Part shown: positions 32,878 through 41,810 of the stretch, piece by piece | Layout: each line of letters begins with the position of its first letter | Numbering within the stretch: position 1 is the stretch's first letter | DNA from: Solirubrobacterales bacterium | GTDB lineage: Bacteria; Actinomycetota; Thermoleophilia; Solirubrobacterales; 70-9 | Direction of reading: 5' to 3' | Assembly (NCBI GenBank): GCA_049790835.1 | Contig: JBAQZI010000147.1 | Coordinates: 1-58,127, forward strand | Length of the DNA stretch: 58,127 nucleotides | The notes under the pieces: model-generated | The model's input: only the letters and a program-made list of their open reading frames with translations | What the model was told of the DNA's origin: nothing | The model's database searches: none | Program-made: the position numbers and the translations under genes

Positions 32878-35800
32878 GTGAGTCCGACGACGAGGGACGA
32901 TGCCGAGCGCAAGCAGGTAACGGTGCTGTTCGCCGACGTCAGCGGCTCGATGGACCTGGCGGAGCAGCAGGACCCAGAGGAGTGGCGCAAGATCATGCAA
33001 CGCTTCTTCTCGATCCTGGCCGACGCCGTGGCCAAGTTCGAGGGCACCGTCGACAAGTTCACCGGCGACGGGATCATGGCCGTCTTCGGGGCGCCGATCG
33101 CCCACGAGGACCACGCGCGGCGCGCCTGCTACGCCGCCCTGCAGATGCTCGACGACGTCTCCGACTACGCGGCCGAGCTGCGGCGCGGGCCGGGGCTCAA
33201 CTTCTCCACCCGGATCGGGATCAACTCCGGCGAGGTGGTCGCCGGGGCGATCGGCGAGAAGCGCGAGGGCGACTACACGGCGATCGGCCACACCGTCGGC
33301 CTGGCGCAGCGGATGGAGGCGCTGGCCGAGCCCGGCAAGGCCTACGTGACCGAGCACACGGCCGAGCTCGCCGGCGGCTTCCTCGACCTCGATGACCTCG
33401 GCGAGTTCGAGATCAAAGGGGCGAGCCGCCCGGTCAGGGTCTTCGAGCTGGCCGGAGTCGGGCAGCCGCGCTCACGACTCGATCTCTCGCGCGAGCGCGG
33501 CTTCTCCAGCTTCGTCGGCCGGGCCGAGGAGGTGGCGGCCCTGAAAGCGGCACTCGACGACGCGCGGGCGGGCAAGGGCGGTGCCGTCGGCCTGGTGGCC
33601 GAACCGGGCGTCGGCAAGAGCCGGCTCTGCCTCGAGTTCACGCAGCGCTGCCGCGCGGAGGGGCTCGAGGTCCTCGAGGCGCAGGCGCAGGCGCACGGAA
33701 CGTCGATCCCCTTCATGCCGGTGCTGCAGATGCTGCGGGCCTTCTTCGGGATCGGCGAGCGCGACCCCGAGCAGCTGGCGCGGGAGAAGATCGCCGGCCG
33801 GTCGCTGCTGCTGGATCCCAGCTTTGCCGAGGACCTGCCGTTGCTTTTCGACTTCCTCGGCGTGCCCGACCCCGAGCGGCCGGTGGCGCAGATGAGCCCG
33901 GACGCGCGGCAGCGGGCGCTGGGGCGAGTCGTCTGCCGGCTCACCAACGCCCCCAGCCGCCGCAAGACGCTGGTCCTGCTGATCGAGGACCTGCACTGGA
34001 TCGACGAGGGCAGCAACGCGATGCTTTCCGACCTCGTCGACGCGATCGAGGGCACCAACACGCTGGCGGTGGTCAACTTCCGGCCCGAGTACACGCCGCC
34101 CTGGCAGAGCTCGAAGGCCTACCGCGAGCTCCCCCTCGAACCGCTCGGGCGCGAGGACACGCGCGACCTGCTCCGCGATTTGGCCGGCGAGGACCCATCC
34201 CTGGACGGCCTCGACGAGGCGATCCACGAACGCAGCCAGGGCAACCCGTTCTTCATCGAGGAGATCGTGCGAGAGCTCGACGAGGCCGGCTACCTCGAGG
34301 GCGAGCGCGGGGCCTACCGCCTGGCGCGACCGATCGAGGGCGCGCGGGTGCCGGTCACGGTGCAGGCCGTCCTCGCCGCCCGCATCGACCGTCTCGACCC
34401 GGCCGCGAAGCAGCTGCTGCAGGTCGCCTCGGTGGTCGGCAAGGAGATCAGCGGTCGGGCGCTGGGGATGACCGCCGGGCTCGACCGCGAGCGGATCGAC
34501 CCGGTGCTCTGCGAGCTGATCGAGGCGGGCTTCCTCTACGAAGCCGAGCTCTACCCGGAGCGGGTGCTCGCCTTCCGCCATCCGCTGACCCGCGAGGTCG
34601 CCTACGGCACCCAGCTCGCCGACGGCCGTTCGGCGACCCACGCGGCGGCGGCACGGGCGCTGATCGAGCTCGAACCCGACCGCCACGACGAGCTGGCGGC
34701 GCTGATCGCCCACCACATGGAGGAGGGCGGCGAAACCCTGGAAGCGGCGCGCTGGTCGGCGCGCGCCGCCTACTGGACCGGCAGCAGCCGGCCGGGCGAC
34801 GCGATGCGACTCTGGCGGCGGGTGATGGAGCTGAGCGCACGGCTCGAGCAGGACGAGGAGGCGACGGCGCTGGCGGTGATGTCGCGGCTGCTGCAGCTCG
34901 ACTTCGCCTGGCGCCTGGGAATGGACGGCGACGAGGAAGCTCGGCTGACCGCGGAGGCCGAGGAGATCGCGACGCGGACCGGCGACCTGCGCTCGCTGGC
35001 GCTGCTGCGGATGGCGACCTCGGCCAGGCCGGGGATGCCGCACCAGGGCGAGACCTGGCTCGCCGCGGTGGCAGAGACGAACCGCCTTGCCGACGAATCG
35101 GGTGACCTCCACCTGCGGATCGCGATCCGCGCGGCCGGCTCCTACGCGTACCTCTGCGTCGCCGACTTCGACGGCTTCGAACGGGCGCTGGACCAGGTGA
35201 TCGAGCTCTGCGGCAGCGACCGCCGCGCCGGGGCCGGGATCGTGATCGGCAACCCGCTCGCCTGGGCGATCATGGGCAAGGGCGTGGCCCGGCGCGAGCG
35301 TGGCAGGCTCGAGGAGGCCGAAGAGCTGTTCGACGCGGCATTGCGAATCGCCTCCGAGGAGGGGGATCCGGAGATCGAGAGCTGGACCCGCAGCAACCAG
35401 TCGCTGATGCTGGCAATGCGGGGCGACACCGAGGCGGGGATCGCCCTGGCGCGGCGCAACTGCGAGCTGACCGAACGCCTCGGCGACGTCTTCTCCCGCA
35501 GCCTCGCCCTCTCCAACGTCGGCGCCACGCAGCTCCTCGCCGGCGACCACGAGTCGGCGCTGGAATCGCTGCAGGAGTCGGAGCGGGTCTACCGGGCGGC
35601 GATCGACGGCGGCGACGAGATGGAGTGCTGGCGGGCGGCCCTGCGCGCCGAAGCACTGGCCGGGGTCGGTCGCGCCGAGGAGGCGCTCGACCTTGCCGCC
35701 TGGGCCGCCGACCTCGCCCGCGAGCGCGGCATGCTGTGGTCGCTGCCCCTGACGCTGCGCGCGCTCGCCCTCGCGCTCGACGCGAACGACCGCGAAGGCG

Positions 35801-35910
35801 CCCCCGAGGCGCTCGACGAGGGCGCGGCGGTTGCCGAGCGGACCGGGGCGATGACCAGCCTTGAGGGGATCGAGGCAACCCGGCAGCTGATCGGCGCCGG
35901 CGCCCGCTAG
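32878..35910 (+). CDS. class III adenylate/guanylate cyclase fused to a STAND/AAA ATPase and a TPR-like helical repeat domain
   Basis: VTVLFADVSGSM..FTGDGIMAVFGAP..GINSGEVVAG is the cyclase domain. Walker A EPGVGKSRL and LLIEDLHWID mark the NTPase. A helical repeat C-terminus of about 450 aa follows, with no LuxR HTH. Confidence 0.85.
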   Translation: MSPTTRDDAERKQVTVLFADVSGSMDLAEQQDPEEWRKIMQRFFSILADAVAKFEGTVDKFTGDGIMAVFGAPIAHEDHARRACYAALQMLDDVSDYAAELRRGPGLNFSTRIGINSGEVVAGAIGEKREGDYTAIGHTVGLAQRMEALAEPGKAYVTEHTAELAGGFLDLDDLGEFEIKGASRPVRVFELAGVGQPRSRLDLSRERGFSSFVGRAEEVAALKAALDDARAGKGGAVGLVAEPGVGKSRLCLEFTQRCRAEGLEVLEAQAQAHGTSIPFMPVLQMLRAFFGIGERDPEQLAREKIAGRSLLLDPSFAEDLPLLFDFLGVPDPERPVAQMSPDARQRALGRVVCRLTNAPSRRKTLVLLIEDLHWIDEGSNAMLSDLVDAIEGTNTLAVVNFRPEYTPPWQSSKAYRELPLEPLGREDTRDLLRDLAGEDPSLDGLDEAIHERSQGNPFFIEEIVRELDEAGYLEGERGAYRLARPIEGARVPVTVQAVLAARIDRLDPAAKQLLQVASVVGKEISGRALGMTAGLDRERIDPVLCELIEAGFLYEAELYPERVLAFRHPLTREVAYGTQLADGRSATHAAAARALIELEPDRHDELAALIAHHMEEGGETLEAARWSARAAYWTGSSRPGDAMRLWRRVMELSARLEQDEEATALAVMSRLLQLDFAWRLGMDGDEEARLTAEAEEIATRTGDLRSLALLRMATSARPGMPHQGETWLAAVAETNRLADESGDLHLRIAIRAAGSYAYLCVADFDGFERALDQVIELCGSDRRAGAGIVIGNPLAWAIMGKGVARRERGRLEEAEELFDAALRIASEEGDPEIESWTRSNQSLMLAMRGDTEAGIALARRNCELTERLGDVFSRSLALSNVGATQLLAGDHESALESLQESERVYRAAIDGGDEMECWRAALRAEALAGVGRAEEALDLAAWAADLARERGMLWSLPLTLRALALALDANDREGAPEALDEGAAVAERTGAMTSLEGIEATRQLIGAGAR

Positions 35911-36650
35911 CGCCGGCTGTCGCGCTGGCGCTCGAGCTCGGCCACCATCAGCTTGGTGTGCAGCGCCGCGATCAGGTCCTTGAGCGGCTGGGCTCCGGCT
36001 TCGAGCATCTCGACCACGCGCTCGGGCGAGACCTCGCCGGCCAGCCGGGTCATCACCATGTCGACCTCCTGGTGGACCAGGGCCTCGAGCGCCTCCTTGT
36101 AACGCAGGGTGTCGTAGACGGTGAAGCCGATCTGCTCGTCGTAGCCACCGGCGCGGAAGCGGCTGATCGCCTCGATGATGGTGACGTCGGAAGGCGAGTA
36201 GCCGCGGCTGTTCGGGGTCAGGATCTCCAGCTCGGCGAGGCGGTCGAGGGCCTCCTGGGGGACGCCGTAGCGCTTGCGTACCTCGCTGGCGCTGGTTCGC
36301 GAACGTTCGCCGGCCAACGCGCGGTCGAGGATGCGGTCCTCCAGCTCGAGCAGTGCCCTGGCTCGCTCCGGGTCCTCGTCGAGCACCGACTTGATCGCCT
36401 TCAGCGGCATGAAGCGCTCCTCCTGCAGGCGCTTGATCAGCTTGATCCGGTCGATGAACTCGGGTGGGTAATAGGCCATGTTGCGGCTGGTCTTGACCGG
36501 CTCCGGCAGCAGCCCCTCGCGCAGGTAATGCTTGATCGTCGGCGCCGGCACCCCAGACGCCTCGGCCAGCTCCCCCATCCGCAGCAGCTCCTGGGGTCGA
36601 TGGGCCGAAATGTCGACCCTGGCTGGACTTATCGGCCCGTCGGCGGTCAT
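35907..36650 (-). CDS. MerR-family transcriptional regulator (last gene of the acyl-CoA operon)
   Basis: LLRMGELAEASGVPAPTIKHYLREGLLP is a MerR HTH. The N-terminal 24 aa preceding it are largely encoded by a 51-nt palindromic repeat. ATGA overlap with the CoA-transferase stop. Confidence 0.8.
   Translation of the reverse strand: MTADGPISPARVDISAHRPQELLRMGELAEASGVPAPTIKHYLREGLLPEPVKTSRNMAYYPPEFIDRIKLIKRLQEERFMPLKAIKSVLDEDPERARALLELEDRILDRALAGERSRTSASEVRKRYGVPQEALDRLAELEILTPNSRGYSPSDVTIIEAISRFRAGGYDEQIGFTVYDTLRYKEALEALVHQEVDMVMTRLAGEVSPERVVEMLEAGAQPLKDLIAALHTKLMVAELERQRDSRR
36595..36645. repeat. 51-nt nested palindromic repeat, copy 2
   Basis: GGTCGATGGGCCG AAATGTCGACCCTGGCTGGACTTAT CGGCCCGTCGGCG. 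Same length, arms and inner ATGTCG..CGAC core as the copies at 509 and 51525. Confidence 0.8.
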
Positions 36651-37909
36651 GCGCGGAACTCGGTTGGCTTGGCGCCCGACTGGGGGCCGGCGGCGGCGCC
36701 GGAGGCGAGCATCGCTTCGATCTCCGCGGGCGCGTAGCCGGCCTCGCGCAGGACCTCCTCGGTGTGCTCGCCGAGGGCGGGCGCCGGACGGGTCGGGTCG
36801 GCGGGAGTGCGGCTGAGCTTGACCGGGGCGCCGAGCTGGCGCACCGTGCCCAGCTCCGGCTGCTCGATCTCCACCACCATCTCACGCGCCCGCACCAGCT
36901 CCGAGTCGAGTGCCTCGTCGAGGTCGAGAACCGGCTCGATGCAGCAGTCGTGCTCGTCGTTGAAGGCGAGCCACTCGGCGCGCGTGCGGGAGCGGAAGAC
37001 GTCGGCGACATCGCGCCAGGCATCGGAGCCCGGCGGCTCGAACTGCTTCTCGATCAGGTCCGGCCTCCCCACCCCATTACAGAGAGCAGCCCAGAACTTC
37101 GGCTCCAGGGCGCCACAGCTGACCCAGCCGTCGGCGACTTCATAAGGGAGGTAGCAGAGCAGCCCGCCGGCCAACTGCTGCTCGCCGCGCTTCGGCACCT
37201 CGCCGTCGCAGAAGTAGCGGCCAGCGACCATCGCCAGCCAGGAGAGGGCGCCGTCGGCCATCGAGACGTCGACCATCTGGCCCTCGCCGGAGCGGCGGCG
37301 CTCGTGCAGCGCCGCCATCACCCCGAAGGCTGCCATCAGGGCGCCGCCGCCGAGGTCGGCGATCTGGCCGGCCGACTGCACCGGCGGCCCGTCCTTGGCC
37401 CCGGTCAGCCCCAGCAGCCCGACCAGGCCGAGGTAGTTCATGTCGTGCCCGGCGCGCTGCGCGTAGGGACCGTCCTGGCCGTAGCCGGTGATCGCGCAGA
37501 AGACGATCGCCGGGTTCGCCTCGCGCATGCGCTCGTAGCCAACCCCAAGCCGGTCGAGGACGCCGGGGCGGAAGCCGTCGAGGACGACGTCGTGGCGCTC
37601 GACCAGGCGCAGCAGCGCCTCCCTCCCGGCCTCGCCCTTGAGGTCGAGGCGGACCGAGCGCTTGCCGCGGTTGAGCGCCAGGTAGAGCGAGGAGCGGGTG
37701 CCGAGCGCCTGCTGCTCGTCGCTGCCGTAGTACGGCGGCGCCCAGCGGATGTAGTCGCCCATGCCGGTGTCCTCGACCTTCAGTACCTCGGCGCCGAGGT
37801 CGGCCAAGAGCAGCGAGCAGAAGCCGCCCGGCAAGAGCCGGGTCAGGTCGAGGACCTTGACGTCGCTAAGCGGGAGGCTGGCCCCGGGCTGGGGTCGCTT
37901 GGCACTCAT
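36647..37909 (-). CDS. family III CoA-transferase (CaiB/BaiF/alpha-methylacyl-CoA racemase family)
   Basis: LSDVKVLDLTRLLPGGFCSLLLADLGAEVLKVE and GHDMNY. Internal ATG 37909 overlaps the OsmC stop (ATGA). Confidence 0.85.
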   Translation of the reverse strand: MSAKRPQPGASLPLSDVKVLDLTRLLPGGFCSLLLADLGAEVLKVEDTGMGDYIRWAPPYYGSDEQQALGTRSSLYLALNRGKRSVRLDLKGEAGREALLRLVERHDVVLDGFRPGVLDRLGVGYERMREANPAIVFCAITGYGQDGPYAQRAGHDMNYLGLVGLLGLTGAKDGPPVQSAGQIADLGGGALMAAFGVMAALHERRRSGEGQMVDVSMADGALSWLAMVAGRYFCDGEVPKRGEQQLAGGLLCYLPYEVADGWVSCGALEPKFWAALCNGVGRPDLIEKQFEPPGSDAWRDVADVFRSRTRAEWLAFNDEHDCCIEPVLDLDEALDSELVRAREMVVEIEQPELGTVRQLGAPVKLSRTPADPTRPAPALGEHTEEVLREAGYAPAEIEAMLASGAAAGPQSGAKPTEFRA

Positions 37910-38325
37910 TGGGGCTCGACCGCCACCGGGAAATCCACTGACCTGGCGATGAAGCAACGCTCGTGAGCGCCGTGGTGGAACGCCTCGATCGCCTCCGGGG
38001 CGGGGGGATCCCCCGCCCAGCGGACACGCGGCCGCAGCGTCGCCGCGGTGAACTTCTTGCCGTCGAGCACTCCATCGGCGTCGTCTTCATAAGAGGCGAC
38101 CTCGAAGCCCTTTTTCCTCGCAAGCGCCAGGAACCAAAGCATGTGGCAGCTGGCGAGGGCGCCGATCAGCAGCGCCTCCGGATTCGACTTCGAGTCGTCG
38201 CCGCCGAACTCGATCGCCGACGAGCTGGGCAGCGACTGGGCGCCGAGGAGAACGTCGTGGGCGCGAACGTCCTCCCCCTCGCCGCCATTCCAGGAGACAC
38301 CGGCGCGGTGGATCGACGTCGCCAT
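37906..38325 (-). CDS. OsmC/Ohr-family peroxiredoxin-like protein
   Basis: NPEALLIGALASCHML...AHERCFIARS (two conserved Cys). Confidence 0.75.
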   Translation of the reverse strand: MATSIHRAGVSWNGGEGEDVRAHDVLLGAQSLPSSSAIEFGGDDSKSNPEALLIGALASCHMLWFLALARKKGFEVASYEDDADGVLDGKKFTAATLRPRVRWAGDPPAPEAIEAFHHGAHERCFIARSVDFPVAVEPQ

Positions 38326-38329
38326 CTGC

Positions 38330-39217
38330 CTAGGCCTCTGCCCGCCTCGGAACTCCCAGCAGCTCGCGAGCCTCGGCCACGGTGGCGGCGCGGCGGCCGA
38401 CGTCCTCGGCCATCTGCCGCGCCTTGGCGATCAGATCGCCGTTGGAGCGGCACATCTCCCCGTTCGGCAGGTAGAGGTTGTCCTCGACCCCGGCGCGGAC
38501 GTTGCCGCCCAGCACCAGCGCCGCGCCGAGCAGTTTCCACTGGTCGCGGGAGATGCCGATCGCCTGCCACTGGTTGGGGCCCTCCGGCCCGCCGGGCAGC
38601 TGGTCCGACATCAGGGTGACGTTGCGGGGAGTCGGCCGGATGCCGCCGGTGACGCCCATCACCAGCGAGACCTGCAGCGGCTCCTCGAGCAGGCCCATGT
38701 CGATCAGCGGGTCGAGGTTGGCGACGTGCCCGGCATCGAAGCACTCGTTCTCGGGCTTGATCCCCAGCTCCCGCATCGCCGTCAGGAACTCGACGATCGT
38801 GTCGAAGCTGTTCTCGAAGACGGTTTTGAAGACGAAGTCCTTGCGTCGTTTGGAGTACTTGGCGTAGTTCATCGAGCTCATGTTCAGCGCCGCCACATCG
38901 GGCTTCAGCGCCCGCAGGTACTCGATCCGCTTCTCGATCGGGATCCCGATCGCGCCGGTCGAGTAGTTGACGATGACGTCGCCGACCTCGCCCAGAATCG
39001 CCTCGGTGATCGCCTGGAAGTCCTCGATCTCATAGGACGGCGTGCCGTCGGGGGTGCGGGCGTGGATGTGGATCTGCGAGGCGCCCTCGTCGACGGCGCG
39101 CCGAGCCTCGGCCGCGTACTCCTCCGGCGTGTAGGGGATCGCCGGGCACTGATCGCGATTGGCGATCACGCCCGAGATCGAGCAGCTGATGACGACGGGG
39201 TCCTCGAAGCGACTCAT
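38330..39217 (-). CDS. beta-keto acid cleavage enzyme (BKACE / 3-keto-5-aminohexanoate cleavage enzyme family, DUF849)
   Basis: PVVISCSISGV, PYTPEEYAAEARRAVDEGASQIHIHAR and ENECFDAGH are hallmark BKACE TIM-barrel motifs. Confidence 0.8.
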   Translation of the reverse strand: MSRFEDPVVISCSISGVIANRDQCPAIPYTPEEYAAEARRAVDEGASQIHIHARTPDGTPSYEIEDFQAITEAILGEVGDVIVNYSTGAIGIPIEKRIEYLRALKPDVAALNMSSMNYAKYSKRRKDFVFKTVFENSFDTIVEFLTAMRELGIKPENECFDAGHVANLDPLIDMGLLEEPLQVSLVMGVTGGIRPTPRNVTLMSDQLPGGPEGPNQWQAIGISRDQWKLLGAALVLGGNVRAGVEDNLYLPNGEMCRSNGDLIAKARQMAEDVGRRAATVAEARELLGVPRRAEA

Positions 39218-39275
39218 CCCTCCCCCTTCCGTGGTTCTTTTTCCGCGAAATACGTGGGTATCGAACCGCGCAACC

Positions 39276-40886
39276 TCATACCGGCATCACGCCGTGGCGT
39301 TTGCGCGGCTTACGGACCTGCTTGTCCTTCGCCATTCGCAGCGCCTTGACGATCGTCGGGCGGGTCTCACGCGGGTCGATGATGTCGTCGATCACGGCGT
39401 TGCCGGCGGCGATGTAGGGGTCGATCTGCTCGCGCACCGCGTTCAGCATCGCCTCGCGGGTGGCCTCTGGGTCGTCGGAGGCCTCGATCGCCGAGCGGCC
39501 GATGATTTCGACCGCTCCCTCGGCTCCCATCACCGAGATCTCGGCCCCGGGCCAGGCGACGATCAGGTCCGGCTCGTACGCTTTTCCGCACATCACGTAG
39601 TAGCCGGCGCCGTAGGCCTTGCGAACGATCACCGTCACCTTCGGCACCGTCGCGCGGCTGACCGCGTAGAGCATCTTCGCCCCGTGGCGGATGATCCCGG
39701 TGTGCTCCACCTTGGAGCCGACCATGAAGCCGGGCACGTCCTGGAGGAAGACCAGGGGGATGTTGAAGGCGTCGCAGAGGTTGATGAAGCGAGCCGCCTT
39801 GTCGGCCGAGTCGTTGTCGAGGATCCCGGCCAGCTGCTTGGGCTGGTTGGCGACGATCCCGACCGGCTGGCCGCCGAAGCGGGCGAAGCAGGTGATCAGC
39901 GTCTTGGCGAATTTCGGCTTGAGGTCGAACCACTCGCCGTCGTCGACGATCTCGCCGATCACGTCGTACATGTCATACGGCTGGCGCGAGGAGTCGGGGA
40001 CGATCTCCATCAGCTTCTCCGACATGCGGTCGTCGAGGTCGTCGGTCTCTATAACCGGCGGCTTCTGCTCGCAGTTGGCGGGGAAGTAGGAGAGGTACTG
40101 CTTGATCGCGGCGATGCAGGCCTCGTCGTCGGGCACCTCGAGGTCCCCCACTCCCGATTTGCGGCAGTGCACCTTGGCGCCGCCGAGGTCCTCCATCGAG
40201 ATGTCCTCGCCGGTCACGGCTTTGACCAGGTGTGGCCCGGCCAGGGCCATCGCCCCCTGGCCGGAGACCATCGGCACGAAGTCGGCGAGGGCGGGGATGT
40301 AGGCGGTGCCGGCCGCGCAGGGCCCCATCATCGCCGCCACCATCGGGACGACGCCCGACATTTCGACCTCCTCGCGGAAGAGGAAGCCGGAGCCGGCGAA
40401 GAGCGACCCGGTCGCCTCCTGGATGCGGGCGCCGGCGGAGTCGAGCAGCCAGACGAACGGCATCCGCTTCGAGAGCGCCATCTCGCGCAGGCGGGTGACC
40501 TTGAGCTCGCCGGTCATCCCCATCGAGCCGGCCATCACGGTGAAGTCATAGGCGGCGATGCAGGTGGGGCGGCCGTCGACGTCGCCCCAGCCGGTGATGA
40601 CGCCGTCGGCGGGAGCCTCGACCCCGTCCATCGCCCGCTGGGCGAAGTGGGGGCGGCCCTGGATGCCGAGCTCGACGAAGGTGCCCGCGTCGACCAGTAG
40701 GTCGAGCCGCTCGCGGGCGGTCAGCTTGCCGCGGTCGTGCTGCTTGGCGATCTTCTCCTCGCCGCCGCCCAGTTTCGCCTTGGCGCGGCGCTGGTGCAGC
40801 TGCTCGTTCAGCTCCGCCAGCGTGGCGGTGCCGGGAAGTAGGTGCTTCGACTCTTGCTCGGTGCTGGCCACTAACGCCCTTTCCAT
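39276..40886 (-). CDS. acyl-CoA carboxylase carboxyltransferase (beta) subunit (MccB/PccB-like)
   Basis: GKLTARERLDLLVDAGTFVELG, AAYDFTVMAGSMG, GPCAAGTAYIPAL, GIVANQP and VIVRKAYGAGYYVM. Internal start ATG 40886 (or GTG 40871). Confidence 0.85.
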   Translation of the reverse strand: MERALVASTEQESKHLLPGTATLAELNEQLHQRRAKAKLGGGEEKIAKQHDRGKLTARERLDLLVDAGTFVELGIQGRPHFAQRAMDGVEAPADGVITGWGDVDGRPTCIAAYDFTVMAGSMGMTGELKVTRLREMALSKRMPFVWLLDSAGARIQEATGSLFAGSGFLFREEVEMSGVVPMVAAMMGPCAAGTAYIPALADFVPMVSGQGAMALAGPHLVKAVTGEDISMEDLGGAKVHCRKSGVGDLEVPDDEACIAAIKQYLSYFPANCEQKPPVIETDDLDDRMSEKLMEIVPDSSRQPYDMYDVIGEIVDDGEWFDLKPKFAKTLITCFARFGGQPVGIVANQPKQLAGILDNDSADKAARFINLCDAFNIPLVFLQDVPGFMVGSKVEHTGIIRHGAKMLYAVSRATVPKVTVIVRKAYGAGYYVMCGKAYEPDLIVAWPGAEISVMGAEGAVEIIGRSAIEASDDPEATREAMLNAVREQIDPYIAAGNAVIDDIIDPRETRPTIVKALRMAKDKQVRKPRKRHGVMPV

Positions 40887-41662
40887 TGCGGGTCGCGCTT
40901 CTCGAAGAAGGCGGTGACGCCCTCGACGATGTCCTCGGTGCTGAAGGTCAGGGAGAGCTGGGAGCGGAGGAACTCGAGCGCGTCGTCGAGCGCCATGTCC
41001 TGCTGGCGGTACATCGCGTCGTGACCGAGCCGCATCAGCACCGGGCTCTTCGCGGCCAGCTTGCCGGCCCACTCGGCGACCGCGGCATCGAACTCGCCCA
41101 CCGGGACGACCTTGTTGGCAAGCCCGTACTCGACCGCTTCTGGAGCGCTGAGCCGCTCGCCCAGCAGCATCATCTCGTTGACCTTCTTGCGCGGGACGTT
41201 GCGGTAGATGATCGACATGATCATGTAGGGGAAGGCGCCGACGTTGATCTCCGGCGTGCCGAAGGTCGCGCCCTCTTTGGCGATCACCAGGTCGCAGGAG
41301 AGCGCCAGCCCCATCCCCCCCGCCAGCACGTGGCCGTTGGCGGCGCAGAGCGAGGGCTTGCCGAGCCGCGGCATCAACCGGAAGAACTCGAGGAAGAGGT
41401 CGGAGGCGAAGTGTTTCTGGACCAGCGAGGCGTCGGCGGCGAATCCGCCGAGGTCGGCGCCGGCGCAGAAGACCTTGTCGCCGGCCCCGGTGAGGACGAC
41501 CGCGCGGACCTCCTCCGAGGCCTTGGCCGCCTTCATCGCGTCGACCAGCTCGGCCAGCATCTGCCCGGAGAGCATGTTGCGCTTCTCCGGGTTGTTCAGC
41601 GTCACCGTGGCGACGCCGTCGGCGACCTCGTAGGCGACCAGCTCGTAGCTCCCTTCGCTCAT
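40871..41662 (-). CDS. enoyl-CoA hydratase/isomerase (crotonase family)
   Basis: VVLTGAGDKVFCAGADL and ANGHVLAGGMGLALSCDL. Confidence 0.85.
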   Translation of the reverse strand: MSEGSYELVAYEVADGVATVTLNNPEKRNMLSGQMLAELVDAMKAAKASEEVRAVVLTGAGDKVFCAGADLGGFAADASLVQKHFASDLFLEFFRLMPRLGKPSLCAANGHVLAGGMGLALSCDLVIAKEGATFGTPEINVGAFPYMIMSIIYRNVPRKKVNEMMLLGERLSAPEAVEYGLANKVVPVGEFDAAVAEWAGKLAAKSPVLMRLGHDAMYRQQDMALDDALEFLRSQLSLTFSTEDIVEGVTAFFEKRDPQWKGR

Positions 41663-41721
41663 CGAGCGGCACCATAGCCGACTTTCGCTGAAAGTAGGAA
41701 GTGCTACTGTCCACGCCGCAT

Positions 41722-41771
41722 GGCGTGTCTGACTTTAGGCCCCCTATATGGCCGGAAAAGTCAGACACGCC
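41722..41771. promoter_or_regulatory. perfect 15-nt inverted repeat GGCGTGTCTGACTTT-N20-AAAGTCAGACACGCC between the divergent crotonase and ACAD genes
   Basis: Seen directly. The left arm also pairs with an upstream CACGCC (41712-41717). A second palindrome, GACTTTCGCTGAAAGT, lies at 41680-41695. Confidence 0.7.
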
Positions 41772-41810
41772 TTGATTGGGACACCGACCCGCGAACGAGG
41801 AGAGACACCA

